DNA of 64,000 nt from Eledone cirrhosa. Its lineage: Eukaryota. The position numbers and the translations under genes are program-made. Below, in pieces: positions 1 to 11,900 of the stretch. The stretch spans positions 433,628,001 to 433,692,000 of the forward strand of contig OZ024740.1 in the NCBI GenBank assembly GCA_964016885.1, in the 5' to 3' direction. Positions within the stretch are counted from its first letter, which is position 1; each line of letters starts with the position of its first letter. The notes beneath the pieces are model-generated. The model saw nothing but the letters and a program-made list of their open reading frames with translations, searched no databases and was not told the DNA's origin.

Positions 1-375
1 CCAAGTCCCTAGCAATATTGAAATAAATTAGAATTATCAAGAATATAAAATGACAACAGTTGAAAAGTATAAATACACATCTACCCTTTAGCTCTCATTT
101 TTGACGGTATGGGACCAGCTAGTGTCTTCTATATTTAGTGATGAAAATATTCCTTTCTCACTCATACGGCCTCATCTTTTACGATTTTATATCAATGAGC
201 TTTACTCAATGATATATTTTTTATACCATTTAACAGAGGAAGGCATAAATAATGCCTCATCAATAGGAAATTGGACATCGATCTTTATATAGAGCAAATT
301 ATAGATTAGTTCTGTACATCTTTATTTTAAAGAATAACAGACTTTGTTTATTTCATTAATTATTATCATATAACA

Positions 376-420
376 TGGCGGTGGATTAGCAGTAATTGGT
401 AGAGCGTCGGATACCGAGTG
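376..420 (+). mobile_element. Isolated 5' head of a tRNA-derived SINE
   Basis: ggcggtggattagcagtaattggtagagcgtcgga resembles the head of the SINE copies at 1801-1988 and 3493-3680 (ggtgaattggcagtatcggtagagggtcgga). The body is not recognisable. Confidence 0.4.
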
Positions 421-744
421 TGTGGGGGGAGGGGGATATGTGTTGCAAGTGCAATCCTACAAATCTGTTCGAAATTCCCATCAGAAGGTGGCTGAAGAGG
501 TCTACAGAGGCAATTGTTTGTCTTGTGTAATTTTCTGTGCATTTTTTGATGATACTCATCATCATTCTTGTTTTTACGTCTGTTTTTCCACACTTGTATG
601 GGTTAGACAAGTCCTTTTCAGCATCATCTCCTTTCTGAGTCTTAGATATTTAAGACCAGCTCTCACCATCACTGCCCAGGTCTTCCTTGGACTTCTACCA
701 CAGCGTCCTTGTATTAGTATTTCTTTGCACTTCTTCACCTATAT

Positions 745-800
745 ATCATCATCATCACCATTTAACGTCCATTTTTCCACAGTAGCATGGGTTAGATGAG
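745..800 (-). mobile_element. 3' tail of an RTE-related non-autonomous retroelement with a (GAT)n tail
   Basis: The reverse complement matches the tail aacccatgctagc..gga..ggacgttaaa(tga)n seen at 2378-2430 and 37330-37388. Confidence 0.55.
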
Positions 801-836
801 TTGTTTCGTTTTGAGACAAGTCAGTTCAGATGACAA

Positions 837-1575
837 TAACCCTTTCGTTACCATATTTCTAATGTAGACACTGTCTATGTCATTAACCCTTTCATTACCA
901 TATTTCTAATGAAAGACACTGTCATTAACCCTTTCATTACCATATTTCTAATGTAGACACTGTCTATGTCATTAACCCTTTCATTACCATATTTCTAATG
1001 TAGACACTGTCTATGTCATTAACCCTTTCATTACCATATTTCTAATGTAGATACTGTCTATGTCATTAACCCTTTCATTACCATATTTCTAATGTAGACA
1101 CTGTCTATGTCATTAACCCTTTCATTACCATATTTCTAATGTAGACACTGTCTATGTCATTAACCCTTTCATTACCATATTTCTAATGAAAGACACTGTC
1201 TATGTCATTAACCCTTTCATTACCATATTTCTAATGAAAGACACTGTCTATGTCATTAACCCTTTCATTACCATATTTCTAATGAAAGACACTGAGTATG
1301 TCATTAACCCTTTCATTACCATATTTCTAATGAAAGACACTGAGTATGCCATTAACCCTTTCATTACCATATTTCTAATGAAAGACACTATGTCATTAAC
1401 CCTTTCATTACCATATTTCTAATGAAAGACACTGTCTATGTCATTAACCCTTTCATTACCATATTTCTACTGAAAAACACTGTCATTAACCCTTTCATTA
1501 CCATATTTCTAATGAAAGACACTGTCTATGTCATTAACCCTTTCATTACCATATTTCTAATGAAAGACTCTGCTT
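837..1575. repeat. 47/48-bp minisatellite, about 15-16 units (taaccctttcattaccatatttctaatg[t/aa]agacactgtctatgtcat)
   Basis: Directly visible tandem units. The 16-aa periodic ORFs in the track are by-products of the repeat. Confidence 0.97.
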
Positions 1576-1760
1576 ATGTTTTTCAAAACATTTTGAAAAT
1601 AGTCAAGATTTAGTAATATAACTAAGTTTTTCATTATTAAGCTGGTGTTTGGAGTATAGGTAAGCAGAGGTTCTTACGTAAAATTATAATGTAAGATTCA
1701 CTTTAATATAAGCAGCTATATATCACAGAACTACAGGCAACTTCAGACAGTTTAAGGAAA
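837..1760 (+). mobile_element. Probable non-autonomous DNA transposon (TTAA|CCC piggyBac-like terminus) whose left end is tandemly amplified
   Basis: Each unit contains TTAACCCTTT, and the last unit continues into unique sequence. No right TIR is visible. Confidence 0.4.
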
Positions 1761-1800
1761 ATTACTTTGTCTGACATATATACTCTTTAAAGAGCATTAA

Positions 1801-1988
1801 TAATTGTTTCTACTTTTGGCACAAGGCCAGCAATTCACCAGTAGATTACTGGTACTTTATTTTATCGACCCCATAAGGATGAAAGGCAAAGTTAACCTCG
1901 GCGGGATTTGAACTCAGAATGGCAAGGGCCGTAACTCTATACGTCAAAGCATGGCGTCCGACCCTCTACCGATACTGCCAATTCACCA
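1801..1988 (-). mobile_element. tRNA-derived SINE, family A (full length)
   Basis: On the minus strand: A-box-like tggcagtatcgg, B-box gagttcaaatccc, conserved core gcctttcatcct..ggggtcgataaaataaagtaccag and an (ATT)n-type tail. Near-identical copies lie at 3493, 8695, 26210 and 26347. Confidence 0.9.
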
Positions 1989-2072
1989 ATAATGTTAAGT
2001 TAAATTAAATGTTTATATTAAGAATAGAAATGAAATTCCAGCTGGAACCCAAAGTGAAACCAGCCAAGCACA

Positions 2073-2375
2073 AGGATGTTATCCAACCATCTTGCTCGGG
2101 AAGTCTACCTCTTGGTCTCCTGTCGGTTAGTTTTGCCAGTAATATCTGTCTAGCAATTCTTTGCTGAGACATTCTAACCACATGCCCATAGTATCAGAAC
2201 TGTGATCTCTCAATTTGGAGAAGTAGCAGCTCTACCTGAAGTGACTCTCTGATCTCTTTATCAAGTAATGTTACTCCAAAGACCCTTCTGAAGAACCCCA
2301 TTTTGGCCGCTTGTATTCACGGTCATATTCTTTCAGTCATTATCTAAGATTCATGACCATAGGTAAGGGTAGGCA
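2073..2375 (-). pseudogene. RTE (Expander/Rex3-like) LINE C-terminal fragment
   Basis: The minus strand translates as PTLTYGHES...IQAAKMGFFRRV...YYGHVVRM...RARWLDNI with stops. A homologous copy lies at 36430-36740. Confidence 0.8.
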
Positions 2376-2377
2376 TG

Positions 2378-2430
2378 AACCATGCTAGCATGGAAGATGG
2401 ACGTTAAACGAAGATGATGATGATGATGAA
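2378..2430 (+). mobile_element. 3' tail of an RTE-related non-autonomous retroelement
   Basis: aaccatgctagcatggaagatggacgttaaacgaagatgatgatg, nearly identical to 37331-37388. Confidence 0.6.
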
Positions 2431-2842
2431 GCTGGTGCATTACTGCACCAGCTCCTGCAATTCTTGCACTTAATTCAGCCTCTTACCTTCCATCACTTGG
2501 GAACATGGCCACAAGATACTTGAACTTCTCTGCCTACTTTTATACAATTGTATTTCAAAATATGCTGACACAGCATTCTCTAAATTATTTCATAGAATAA
2601 CCTTTTGTGATATTTTTTCATTTTCAAAACATCACCAACAATCCTGGTGGCCTTTCTTCATTGTTTAACATTCCTTTTAAAGTTCATTGTTAAAATATCT
2701 GACATACTGTTAATGCTTTGTTCCATCTTCTAGATTAGAGAAAAACTTCAGAAGTTTGAGGTTAAAAAAAATTTCATTCTAAATGTAAATGGCAAACATA
2801 GGTGGCAATTTATAACTTCATTTTGTCATTACATAGACTGAC

Positions 2843-3170
2843 GTGATGTGGTGGCAGTGTAGTGTAGTGTGGTGTGGTGTGATGTGGTGGCAGTGTAGTG
2901 TAGTGTGGTGTGGTGTGATGTGGTGGCAGTGTAGTGTAGTGTGGTGTGGTGGCAGTGAAGTGTAGTGTAGTGTGGTGTGGTATAGTGTGGTGTGATGTGG
3001 TGGCAGTGTAGTGTGGTGTGGTGTGGTATAGTGTGGTGTGGTGGCAGTGAAGTGTAGTGTAGTGTGGTGTGGTGTGGTATAGTGTGGTGTGATGTGGTGG
3101 CAGTGAAGTGTGGTGTGGTGTGGTGGCAGTGAAGTGTAGTGTGGTGTAGTGTAATGTAATGTAGCGTGGC
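2843..3170. repeat. Compound pentanucleotide microsatellite (GTGTG/GTAGT) with a recurring gtggtggcagtg higher-order unit
   Basis: Directly visible. The His/Thr-rich ORFs here are artefacts. Confidence 0.95.
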
Positions 3171-3369
3171 GCGGCGCATTTGAGTGTGTGCGTATCACCC
3201 CCTCCTTATTTACTATCCATCTGTCATGGTGGAACGGCTAAGATGTATTATTATACAATACATCTTATAACCTATTCTCCGTCAAACATTCCATATTTGG
3301 CAACATGAGAGCTAAGTGGATGACCTTCCTAAAAGCAACCACATTACAGAGTGTACTGGGTACAGTTTA

Positions 3370-3492
3370 TCATGACTCATGCACTGTTCACTTCCCTGAC
3401 ATTTGTACATTATTCTATGTACTATACATGTACCTTTGAAGAGTTGTAGTGCACCTGAGCACTGTACACAATGATTTCATTATTATTATTAT
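3370..3492 (+). mobile_element. 3' UTR fragment of the CR1-type LINE family with an (ATT)n tail
   Basis: Reverse complement of 23446-23567 (catgactcat.cactgttcactt.cctgacattt...gagttgtagtgcacctgagcac.gtacacaat.atttcattattatt). Confidence 0.85.
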
Positions 3493-3688
3493 TTGGCAGT
3501 ATCAGTAGAGGGTCGGACGTCATGCTTTGCAGCAAAGAGTTACGGCCCTTTATAGTCTGCGTTCAAATCCCTCAGAGGTTAACTTTGCCTTTCATCCTTA
3601 CCGGGTCGATAAAATAAAGTACCAGTAATACACTGGGATAATTGCTGGCCTTGTGCCAAAGGTAGAAACAATTATTATTATTATTATT
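3493..3688 (+). mobile_element. tRNA-derived SINE, family A
   Basis: Same sequence as 1801-1988 in the opposite orientation, ending in (ATT)6. Confidence 0.9.
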
Positions 3689-4138
3689 GGATGCACATGT
3701 GTGAAGACACACAAGTCGGAGGTGGAAAAGGTTCGTAACTTTAAGCTGTTTTAAAGTATCATGTTTTGTATTTATTTGTCAATAACGAAGCATAAGGTAC
3801 CCACCTTGGTTCCAAGGAGGGGGAACCTCTCAATATTCGCGCTTTAAGCCCAAATATTCAGATTTATTTTTAAAACTCAGAAGAAAAAAATCGCTTCTCC
3901 TACAGACAAGCCTGTCGCCCATCCCACTGAATACAAAAACAAAACACAAAAGTTACCATGACAACCTTTTGTGATAGTAGCAGTACCATCTCAAAATGAC
4001 ATCACCACCTCCACTGCCACCGCCACCAACACCATCACCACCATCACCACCATCACCACCAACACCACCACCACCAGAACAACAACGACCATAACACCGA
4101 CAGCCTCAATGTAAACATTGTAAACAATGTAAACACTG

Positions 4139-5905
4139 ATGGCGGCGGCAACAGCAACAAACAACAACAACAACAAGAGCAAGAATGACAACACCAACAA
4201 CAAGAGCAAGAATGACAACACCAACAACAAGAGCAACGGAGGCGCCACCTTTGCAGCGGCAACAGCAACAAACAACAACAACAACAAGAGCAAGAATGAC
4301 AACACCAACAACAAGAGCAACGGAGGCGCCACCTTTGCAGCAGCAGCAGCGAAAACAAAGCGCTTTTTCAATGTAGATATTAGCGATAAGGAGCAACAGT
4401 TGGCCCAGGCGAGGAGGTTAATTAAACGAGAGAAGTCCTGGGCAAGCCTGACCATCCCGGGCGGGCAAATAGCGGCCATGCAAAAGAGGACGGTGTACTT
4501 TTGATGCATTTCAGTGCAGACACGCAAAGTAGAACTTGTCAGCCAAGCAGAGGTCGAGGCTGCTTTGAAGTGTATCGGATGTGACATCGAGTACAAAGCA
4601 AGGGCCAAGCAGTTCGGTACCATCTCGGTACTGTTCAAAACCGAGGCCCTTGCTATTAAGCACTTGGTGACCCCCTGCAGAACGGAACGTATTATCATGC
4701 ACCCGTCCCACATGGGCAAAGGACAATAAAGGTCCGCATTCCCAGGATCCCACCAGGAATGAACATATGGTGGCTCCTGGGATGCGTAATCGAGGAGGGG
4801 ACAGACACTACCCTCCTGGATATCAAAAAGACAGAGAGAGAAAACTGGTCCGGAATGGATTTGGAGATTCTTCTCCAAATGAAACCAGAGGACATCAACA
4901 ACATACCGGATTTTGCCGCCTGCAGGACAGGACAACAATCCAATTAATCACTGAGGGAAGAAGGCCGCACTGCTTCGTCTGCGGGGAAGCAACGCATCTG
5001 CAAGCCTTCTGCCCTCAGCTAAAAAATGCACGGGGTCGCAAACCTCCTTTGTTGCCAAGGCCAGTGTCAGCACGGAAAGCTGCACCACCACCAACAAAGA
5101 CACAGGTAACCCCACCAACATCAAAAACAGCCGGACCAACACCGAAACCAATCCAAAGGGAAAACGAGGAAAGCTCTCCAACTCCTCCAATTATACACAT
5201 AGACAAAACAATAAACGCACACACAAACATACTCACAGCCACAGACCCTTTGTCTTCCAGCAGCGTAGATGAAGGAAAACCCAAAAGTGCCAAAAAAAAA
5301 CAAAAGAGAAAACTCACCAAAAAAAAATGGCCCAACAAAACACAAAAACATACACAACAAAAAATACAGACACCACTAACGCAAACACTTCCCCAATAAC
5401 ATCTGCACCAACATCAACGCCACCCCAACAATCCCCGAAATGAAAACAACCTAAACAAACACAAGAACAAATAAACACACAGACACCTGAAATTGTAGAT
5501 ACCACACCTACAACAAACACAGACATACCCGAAACAACACCACCAACACCATCACCACCAGTCACCCCAAAAAAACGAAAACAAATAATACCACACCAAC
5601 AAAATATTAAAAACTTTGTGCTTGTCAGAAGGGCCAACGATAAACTAATGGCCCTCTTAGCACGAAGCGAGGACATTCAAACAGAGGGGAAGATCTTTGA
5701 AATGGGCACATTTTGCGTGCCAGAAGATTTACTTCTGGTCCAAATGTCGCTCGATTCCTTCAAAGAAATTCAGGAGAGCTTTCCTCAAGACATGGGGAAC
5801 CCCGAATGGGAAACCCACATCGAGACTTTTAAAGGGGTTCCCAAAAGAAACCCCACCAACCATGGAAGTCGAACCACCCGACCTTCACAAGACCCCGGGA
5901 GGTAA
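4139..5905 (+). pseudogene. Tx1-type ORF1 (gag-like), disrupted by stops and frameshifts
   Basis: Fragments 4139-4504, 4514-4729, 4759-4947, 4767-5399 and 5618-5905. Zinc knuckle CFVCGEATHLQAFC (CX2CX4HX4C) at 4971-5012, followed by a Pro/Thr/Lys-rich tail. Confidence 0.8.
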
Positions 5906-5938
5906 GTAAACCTTTCCTCTCTCTTTTAGCTTTTCTAC

Positions 5939-8180
5939 ATGGCCATATTAAGAGTAGGAAGTTTAAATGTTCGCGGCCTGGGGTCACCCTGGAAGCAGGG
6001 TCGCCTGCTCAAAGACTTCAGGTCTCTGGAAATGGATGTGATTGCCGTCAGCGAGACCAGGATTTCCAACATACGCGCACTAGCCCCCATTTTCGATGAC
6101 TATCAGATCTTCGCATCTGTTAGCAGGCTGGGAATGGGAAGTGGAGTGGCAGTGCTGTTTAGGAAAGGCCTGGATCTCAAGGTAAGGTCGATCTTCCGGG
6201 TCCCGGATGGTAAGTTTGTGGTCTTGGATGTGAGCAGTAGCGAAGGTGGTGCCTTTAGACTAATGGCTGTCTACACCCCTACTGGGGCCGGACGACCGGA
6301 CTTCTTTAGGCTCCTGGAAACCTTTCTGGGTACGTCTCACCCTTTACTGTTAGCGGGGAATTGGAACGGCATCTTAGACGCATGTTGGGATTGTGGGAGT
6401 AGCTGATAGGAGCGGTGGGGGGCAAAAACCTCAAGCACCTAATCAGCCAGTTCCAACTGTCTGACAGGTATCGACTAGATTTCCCCAATGCGCCAGTGTG
6501 GACGTGGACTAACCACATAGGGTCATCTAGATCGTATATAGACAGGATCTTCATTAGGAAAATAGGTAGAAATTGTGTAGGCTGCCCACTTTTTAAAACG
6601 GTCGCCTATTCAGATCACAAATTTGTGATCTGTACGGTCGACCTAGATAAAACGCGTAGGTTAGGACCGGGTTACTGGAAGCTGAACATGTCAATTCCGG
6701 CACGTAAGGCTTACAGGGACCGAGTCAACAATTTAGTTAAGCAAAAGTTGACAGGCGGAATCATCAACAACAGATGGTGGGGGGCTCTCAAAAGAGATTA
6801 GAGTAACTTCGATAGAGTTCAGCAAAGAACTAGCGTTAGAGAAACATAGAAAGGAGGGGGAGCTGGTAGATAAGTTAGACGAGGCTATTTGTAGTGGCAT
6901 TGCAACTGATGTGCTAGCGGCGAGAATGGCATTAGACCATTACTTCAATGCGGAACACGAAGGCGCGTGCGCTGAGAAACGAGGGAACCAAAGCTGTTCG
7001 ATGGGCCCGCGTGGCGGAGGCGCAGTGTGGTAATAAAACCACAATTCGGTCTTTGGCAGACCGAGACGGACACGAGATAAGCAATTCCAAGCGGATTTGT
7101 GAGGCCTTTTGCCAGCACTTTGCTCGGTTGTTCGGGTAGAGTGGCGAGTCAGAGAGAGTAGCGGATTTCAGTCCCTACCTTGACGGCTTGCTGTGTATCT
7201 CGACGGTCGACGCTGAGCGCTGCGAAAGGCCAATTACTTCAGCCGAAATTCAGGACGCCCTTGTCGGCTGCATGAGGCGCAAGTCACCCGGTTTGGATTG
7301 CCTGCCCTACGAGCTTTACGTAAATATGCCAGATTTGTTCTCCGATCTCCTCGAAGCGCTCTACTGCAACTGGCAGCAGAATGGGAGTATTCCCAGTTCT
7401 GTGAGCAGGGGAGTGGTGACGCTGATAAGCAAAGACGAAAACAAGAGGGATGCATTAGACAACTTCAGGCCCATAACTCTGCTCAACACAGAGTTTAAGA
7501 TTTTGGCCAAGGTGTTAGCAAAGAGATTGGCGCTTGTCGTCAAGGATTTGGTTGGGAGGCGCAAACTTGCGCAATCCCAGCCAGGTCCATACACGACAAT
7601 CTCCACCTCATGCGATACATCATAGAGAGGGTAGGGTGTAAACCTGGCTTCGGTGGGGCACTGATCAATTTAGATCAATCGAAAGCATTCGATAGGGTCG
7701 ACCATTGGTATCTGGAGGCTGTCCTCAAAGCGGCTGGCTTCGGCCCTGTCTTCAGAAGTTGGATCGCTGCAATTCACAGCAGCACACGACAGGAGCAGAA
7801 ACCGTTCTGCACGCAATTGTCCAATGTCCGTGCATTACTGACTTGTGGAGTTATGTCGATAGAACGGATTCGACTATCGGCCGAGTCCATAGTGAAAATC
7901 GACCCGCCGCCTTCCTTAGGTCAGGAAGAGCAGGCAATTTTCCTGTCTGGTGGCAGTTGCCAAAGAGGTTGTATGGTGGACGAGGTTGAAAGGACTGAAG
8001 ACAGACACTTTTCTCTTCGGCCAATCCCTCATTAACTTCTTCAAGTTTCACCTGGAAAGGAAGGTGAGGGTGGAGAGAGAAGTGCTGCCCCCCCCCCCCC
8101 CCCCGTACATTTGCTAAAAGGTGGATGAATGTGGCGAGAATGGCCCGTGTGAATGGGCCTACTCTGACCATGTGCCTGTA
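5939..8180 (+). pseudogene. Tx1/L1 ORF2 (APE endonuclease, partial reverse transcriptase, C-terminal Zn finger), disrupted
   Basis: APE motifs SLNVRGL, SETR, SYIDRIF and SDHK; GYWKLN linker; RT motifs KSPGLD, NFRPITLLNTEFKILAKVLAKRL and LDQSKAFDRVDH; C-terminal ETVLHAIVQCP. Several stops and frameshifts. Confidence 0.92.
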
Positions 8181-8475
8181 GGCTGGCTAACTCGAGGAGA
8201 AGGGTGTTCTCCCTGGGTGCCCTAGAAGCGCAGGGTGGTTCAGGATTGGTGGGGTACCCGAGTCACCCCAGGGTCGTCCACCCCATATAAGGGAATTTAT
8301 TTTGTTATATTTATGCATAGTTTATTTTATATTTTTATATCTTCATTGTTAAATTAGTCTTGCCATTGTGCACTTTTACTCGACCTTACTGTAAACCCCC
8401 ACTGTCCCTGTCTTTGTATTGTCCCCTACATGTCGGCCCTTGTGGCTAATAAATGAAATCATTATTATTATTTTA

Positions 8476-8986
8476 CTAGATATAAAAATATATATAATAC
8501 TAGACATATAATATAATACTAGATATATAATATATAATACTAGATATATAATATAACACTAGATATAATATATAATACTAGATATATAATATATAATACT
8601 AGACATATAATATAATACTAGATATATAATATATAATACTAGATATATAATATAATACTAGACATATAATATAATACTAGATATATAATATATAATTGTT
8701 TCTACTATTGGCACAAGGCCAGCAATTACCCAGTACATTACTGGTACTTTATTTTATCTACCCCGTAAGGATGAAAGGCAAAGTTAACCTTGGCGGGATT
8801 TGAACTCAGAATGGCAAGGGCCGTAACTCTATGCGTCAAAGCATGGCGTCCGATCCTCTACCGATACTGCCAATCCACCTCCCTATTATAATATATAATA
8901 CTAGATATATAATATAATACTAGACATATAATATAATACTAGATATATAATATATAATACTAGATATATAATATAATACTAGATAT
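8476..8986. repeat. 19/21-bp AT-rich minisatellite (ctagatatataa[ta]tataata), interrupted by a SINE
   Basis: Directly visible on both sides of 8695-8882. Confidence 0.92.
8695..8882 (-). mobile_element. tRNA-derived SINE, family A
   Basis: Near-identical to 1801-1988. Confidence 0.9.
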
Positions 8987-8991
8987 TTCTA

Positions 8992-11900
8992 TCTCTCTAT
9001 ATATAAAACGATAGATGTCTGTCTGTGTGTGTGTATGATTTTTATGCATTTCCACATTTCTCTACCGATTTTGATGATTTGTTTCCAATGTGCTCCAAAT
9101 TTACCAGGGCAGGTCAACGCGTAATTACTTTTGCCAAAGATTTCCTGCTTCTATGAAAAAAAATCGATAAAACTAAATACATGCTGTAACCCTCTCTCTT
9201 ACACGCTTCATTCCTCTCACTACCCTCAATCTCCTCTGCAACTCTCTTTAAAAGGTTACTGCCTCCGTCTCCATTACAGTTTAGAACAACTACAAATCTT
9301 CTCTCTCTATAATAGATCATTCCCCCTCTTCGTTCGTCATACATCAAATATCAAAATTTAAAAAGCCGATAACACTAAATACATACTGCTCTCTCAACGT
9401 TACATTTTACATCAAATAACAAATATTCAAAAGCAACAGATGAATTTATAAAACAACAAACGTAACAATAACGACGCTTAAGCGTTCATTTACTTGAATC
9501 TCAACAAAGACATTATATTTTATTGTTGTCCTTTTTGTAATTTTTCTTTCTTTGTTTTTCTCAATACGAGACAAAAAATTAATGAGAAAACTTTTTTAAC
9601 GAACGTCCGATTTCGATGATTTATTTTCCAGTGTGCTCCAAAATAACGCCCCTGTTTACACTCTTTTGTGCTATAACTCAGACAGGCTTGGCTTACAGGT
9701 TTGACCTATTATTTGACGTGCATTCTTCATAGATCTTACTTAGTACTTACTTTCCACTTACTCAGCGTTCAATTGAAAGTTTTGGCTACTCCCCCTTTCA
9801 TGCTCCATTATCTGCATAAATATTTACGTGTTCGGTCCTGCTACAATATAGTACTCACTTTAAACTAATTCAAAGTTCATTTGAACGCTAGAATCTACGG
9901 TCATGCCGCCCAAAAAAAGACCACGACTTAGTCGCCAAACTAAAGCTGCTTCTGCTGCCAAACGAAGAAGAGCTACAGAGTTGTCCGTAGAAAAATTGAC
10001 TCGGACGTCACAAAATGCAACTCGAAATGCAATTACCCGGACAACCGAGACAGAAAATAAGAGGAGCATCCGCCTTTCCGGAAATGCATTTGTAACTGCA
10101 GTTGCACGTGCAGCGTAAACTGATGAACAACATTTTCGACGACGAAGCAAAAATGTGGCATCCACCGCTGCGGCACGTGACGGTGAGGACGAAGAACACC
10201 GTTACAGTCGACGACGAAGAGATGCCGCCTCAACTGCTGCGTCACGTGCTGCCAAGGACGAAGGGCAGCGTTCCAGACGTCAACGTACGGACGCCGCTTC
10301 AACAGCCTCCTTTGAAGTCTCTATTGACCGGTGCCACAGCGGAGTCGGAACACTTCCTTCGATGTTCCAGGAGATACAACGCTGCCTTCCAAATGACCTC
10401 TTTCGGAGCTAACATCATACGCGAGGACGGCTTCATTCCTACCTTTAAAGTTCAAGGACAAATTTACCACAGAATCGGTTTGCTACTGCCCACGACAGAC
10501 GGACAGCCCCAGTTCCTACAGCTATACTTTGTCACTGACTATTTGGACCAAGCGGAACGACGCGGTTCAATTTCGCCTGGCACAGACATGAAATTTCTGT
10601 TGCAACTCCAGAGAATGCTGCACGAAAACAACAACTACATTCGCAGTTTTAAATGCGCATTGGAGGCTGCTCCGTTGCCAAATATTGCTGTTATAATCGA
10701 CGCTGACAGGAAACCACCAGGCACCCACGCCAGACGTTTTAACACTCCCATGTGCAATCAAATAGCTGTGCTTCTTCATGGAGAACAGTAGAACAAGCGG
10801 GACATCATACTTCAGTGTAGGGACAATAGTCTGCAACGGATCAGCGAGACGCATAGGTCCTACGACGCATTCCAATATCCCCTACTTTTCCCATTCGGCG
10901 TCGGCGGATACCACTTTGAATTCCTTTGTGCAACAGCAACAAAACTGTTTCCTGTATGCAATTCTACACCTACCAAGTCATGGTCCGCGAATGCTGCTTT
11001 AACCAACTCCACCGTGCAAGAGTTCTCTTCAACCAGCTTACTGTAGACGCGTGCGCTAAGATGGAATCTGAAAGGTTGTGCTACATAAGGAACAATCAAG
11101 CGCGCCTTCGTTCGGACAGCTACATTCACTTACGGGATGGAGTAAGGAATGACGTCGATCCGAGAACCTAGGAAAACATTGTATCCTTCCCTCGACCTTC
11201 ATTGGGAGTCCCCGATACATGAGTGAACGCACACAGGATGCTATGACGTACGTGCGTCTCTACGGCAGACCGGATCTCTTCATCACTTCAACATGCAACC
11301 CTAAGTGGAATGAAATTACCGCGGAATTATTCCCCGGATACAGGGCGTCAGACAGACACGATCTTACGGCACGAGTCTTTCACTTGAAGTTGACAAAACT
11401 TATTGAACTCCTAAAATCAGGTAAGGCTTTTGGACCTGTTAGGTGCTACGTATACACCGTTGAGGGGAAAAAGAGAGGCCTGCCACACGCTCACCTACTC
11501 ATTTGGCTGATAACGAAAATCAACACAACCAGCATTGACAGCATCATTTCAGCAGAAATACCCGACCCAAAATTGGACAGAGAACTCCACAACATCGTCA
11601 CGGCTCACATGGTTCATGGGCCATGCGGAAACGGTTTCAACATGAATTCTCCATGCATTAAAGAAAGAAGGTGCACCAAGAGGTATCCTAGGCCATTCCT
11701 CCGAGAAACTCGGATAGGTGGCGACGGTTATCCATTATACCGCCGCAGGGAGCCAGCGGACGGAGGAATTGTTATGAAAACACCACATCACAACGTCGAC
11801 AACCGGTGGATTGTACCCTACTGCCCACTTCTGCTTAAATTGTTTAACGCCCACATTAACGTTGAATACTGCCACTCCGTCAAATCGATAAAGTACGTCT

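Larger units (their letters stand above)
3689..8472 (+). mobile_element. L1/Tx1-clade non-LTR retrotransposon, near full length at both ends but with an internal RT deletion
   Basis: 5' UTR, ORF1 with a CCHC knuckle, ORF2 with APE and RT, a C-terminal zinc-finger remnant, and a 3' UTR with AATAAA followed by (ATT)n. Confidence 0.9.

Noticed and set aside
1186-1613. 16-aa repeat protein MKDTVYVINPFITIFL
   Set aside because: It is a translation of the 48-bp minisatellite, and the neighbouring 47-bp units break the frame.
1801-1988. tRNA gene (A- and B-box present)
   Set aside because: There is no cloverleaf. It is a multi-copy element with a SINE core and tail.
2818-3198. His/Thr-rich ORFs
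   Set aside because: Translation of a pentanucleotide microsatellite.
3991-4938. 315-aa minus-strand ORF with hydrophobic, membrane-like segments
   Set aside because: It is antisense to the (AAC)/(CAC)-rich Tx1 ORF1, and the hydrophobicity comes from the complement of low-complexity sequence.
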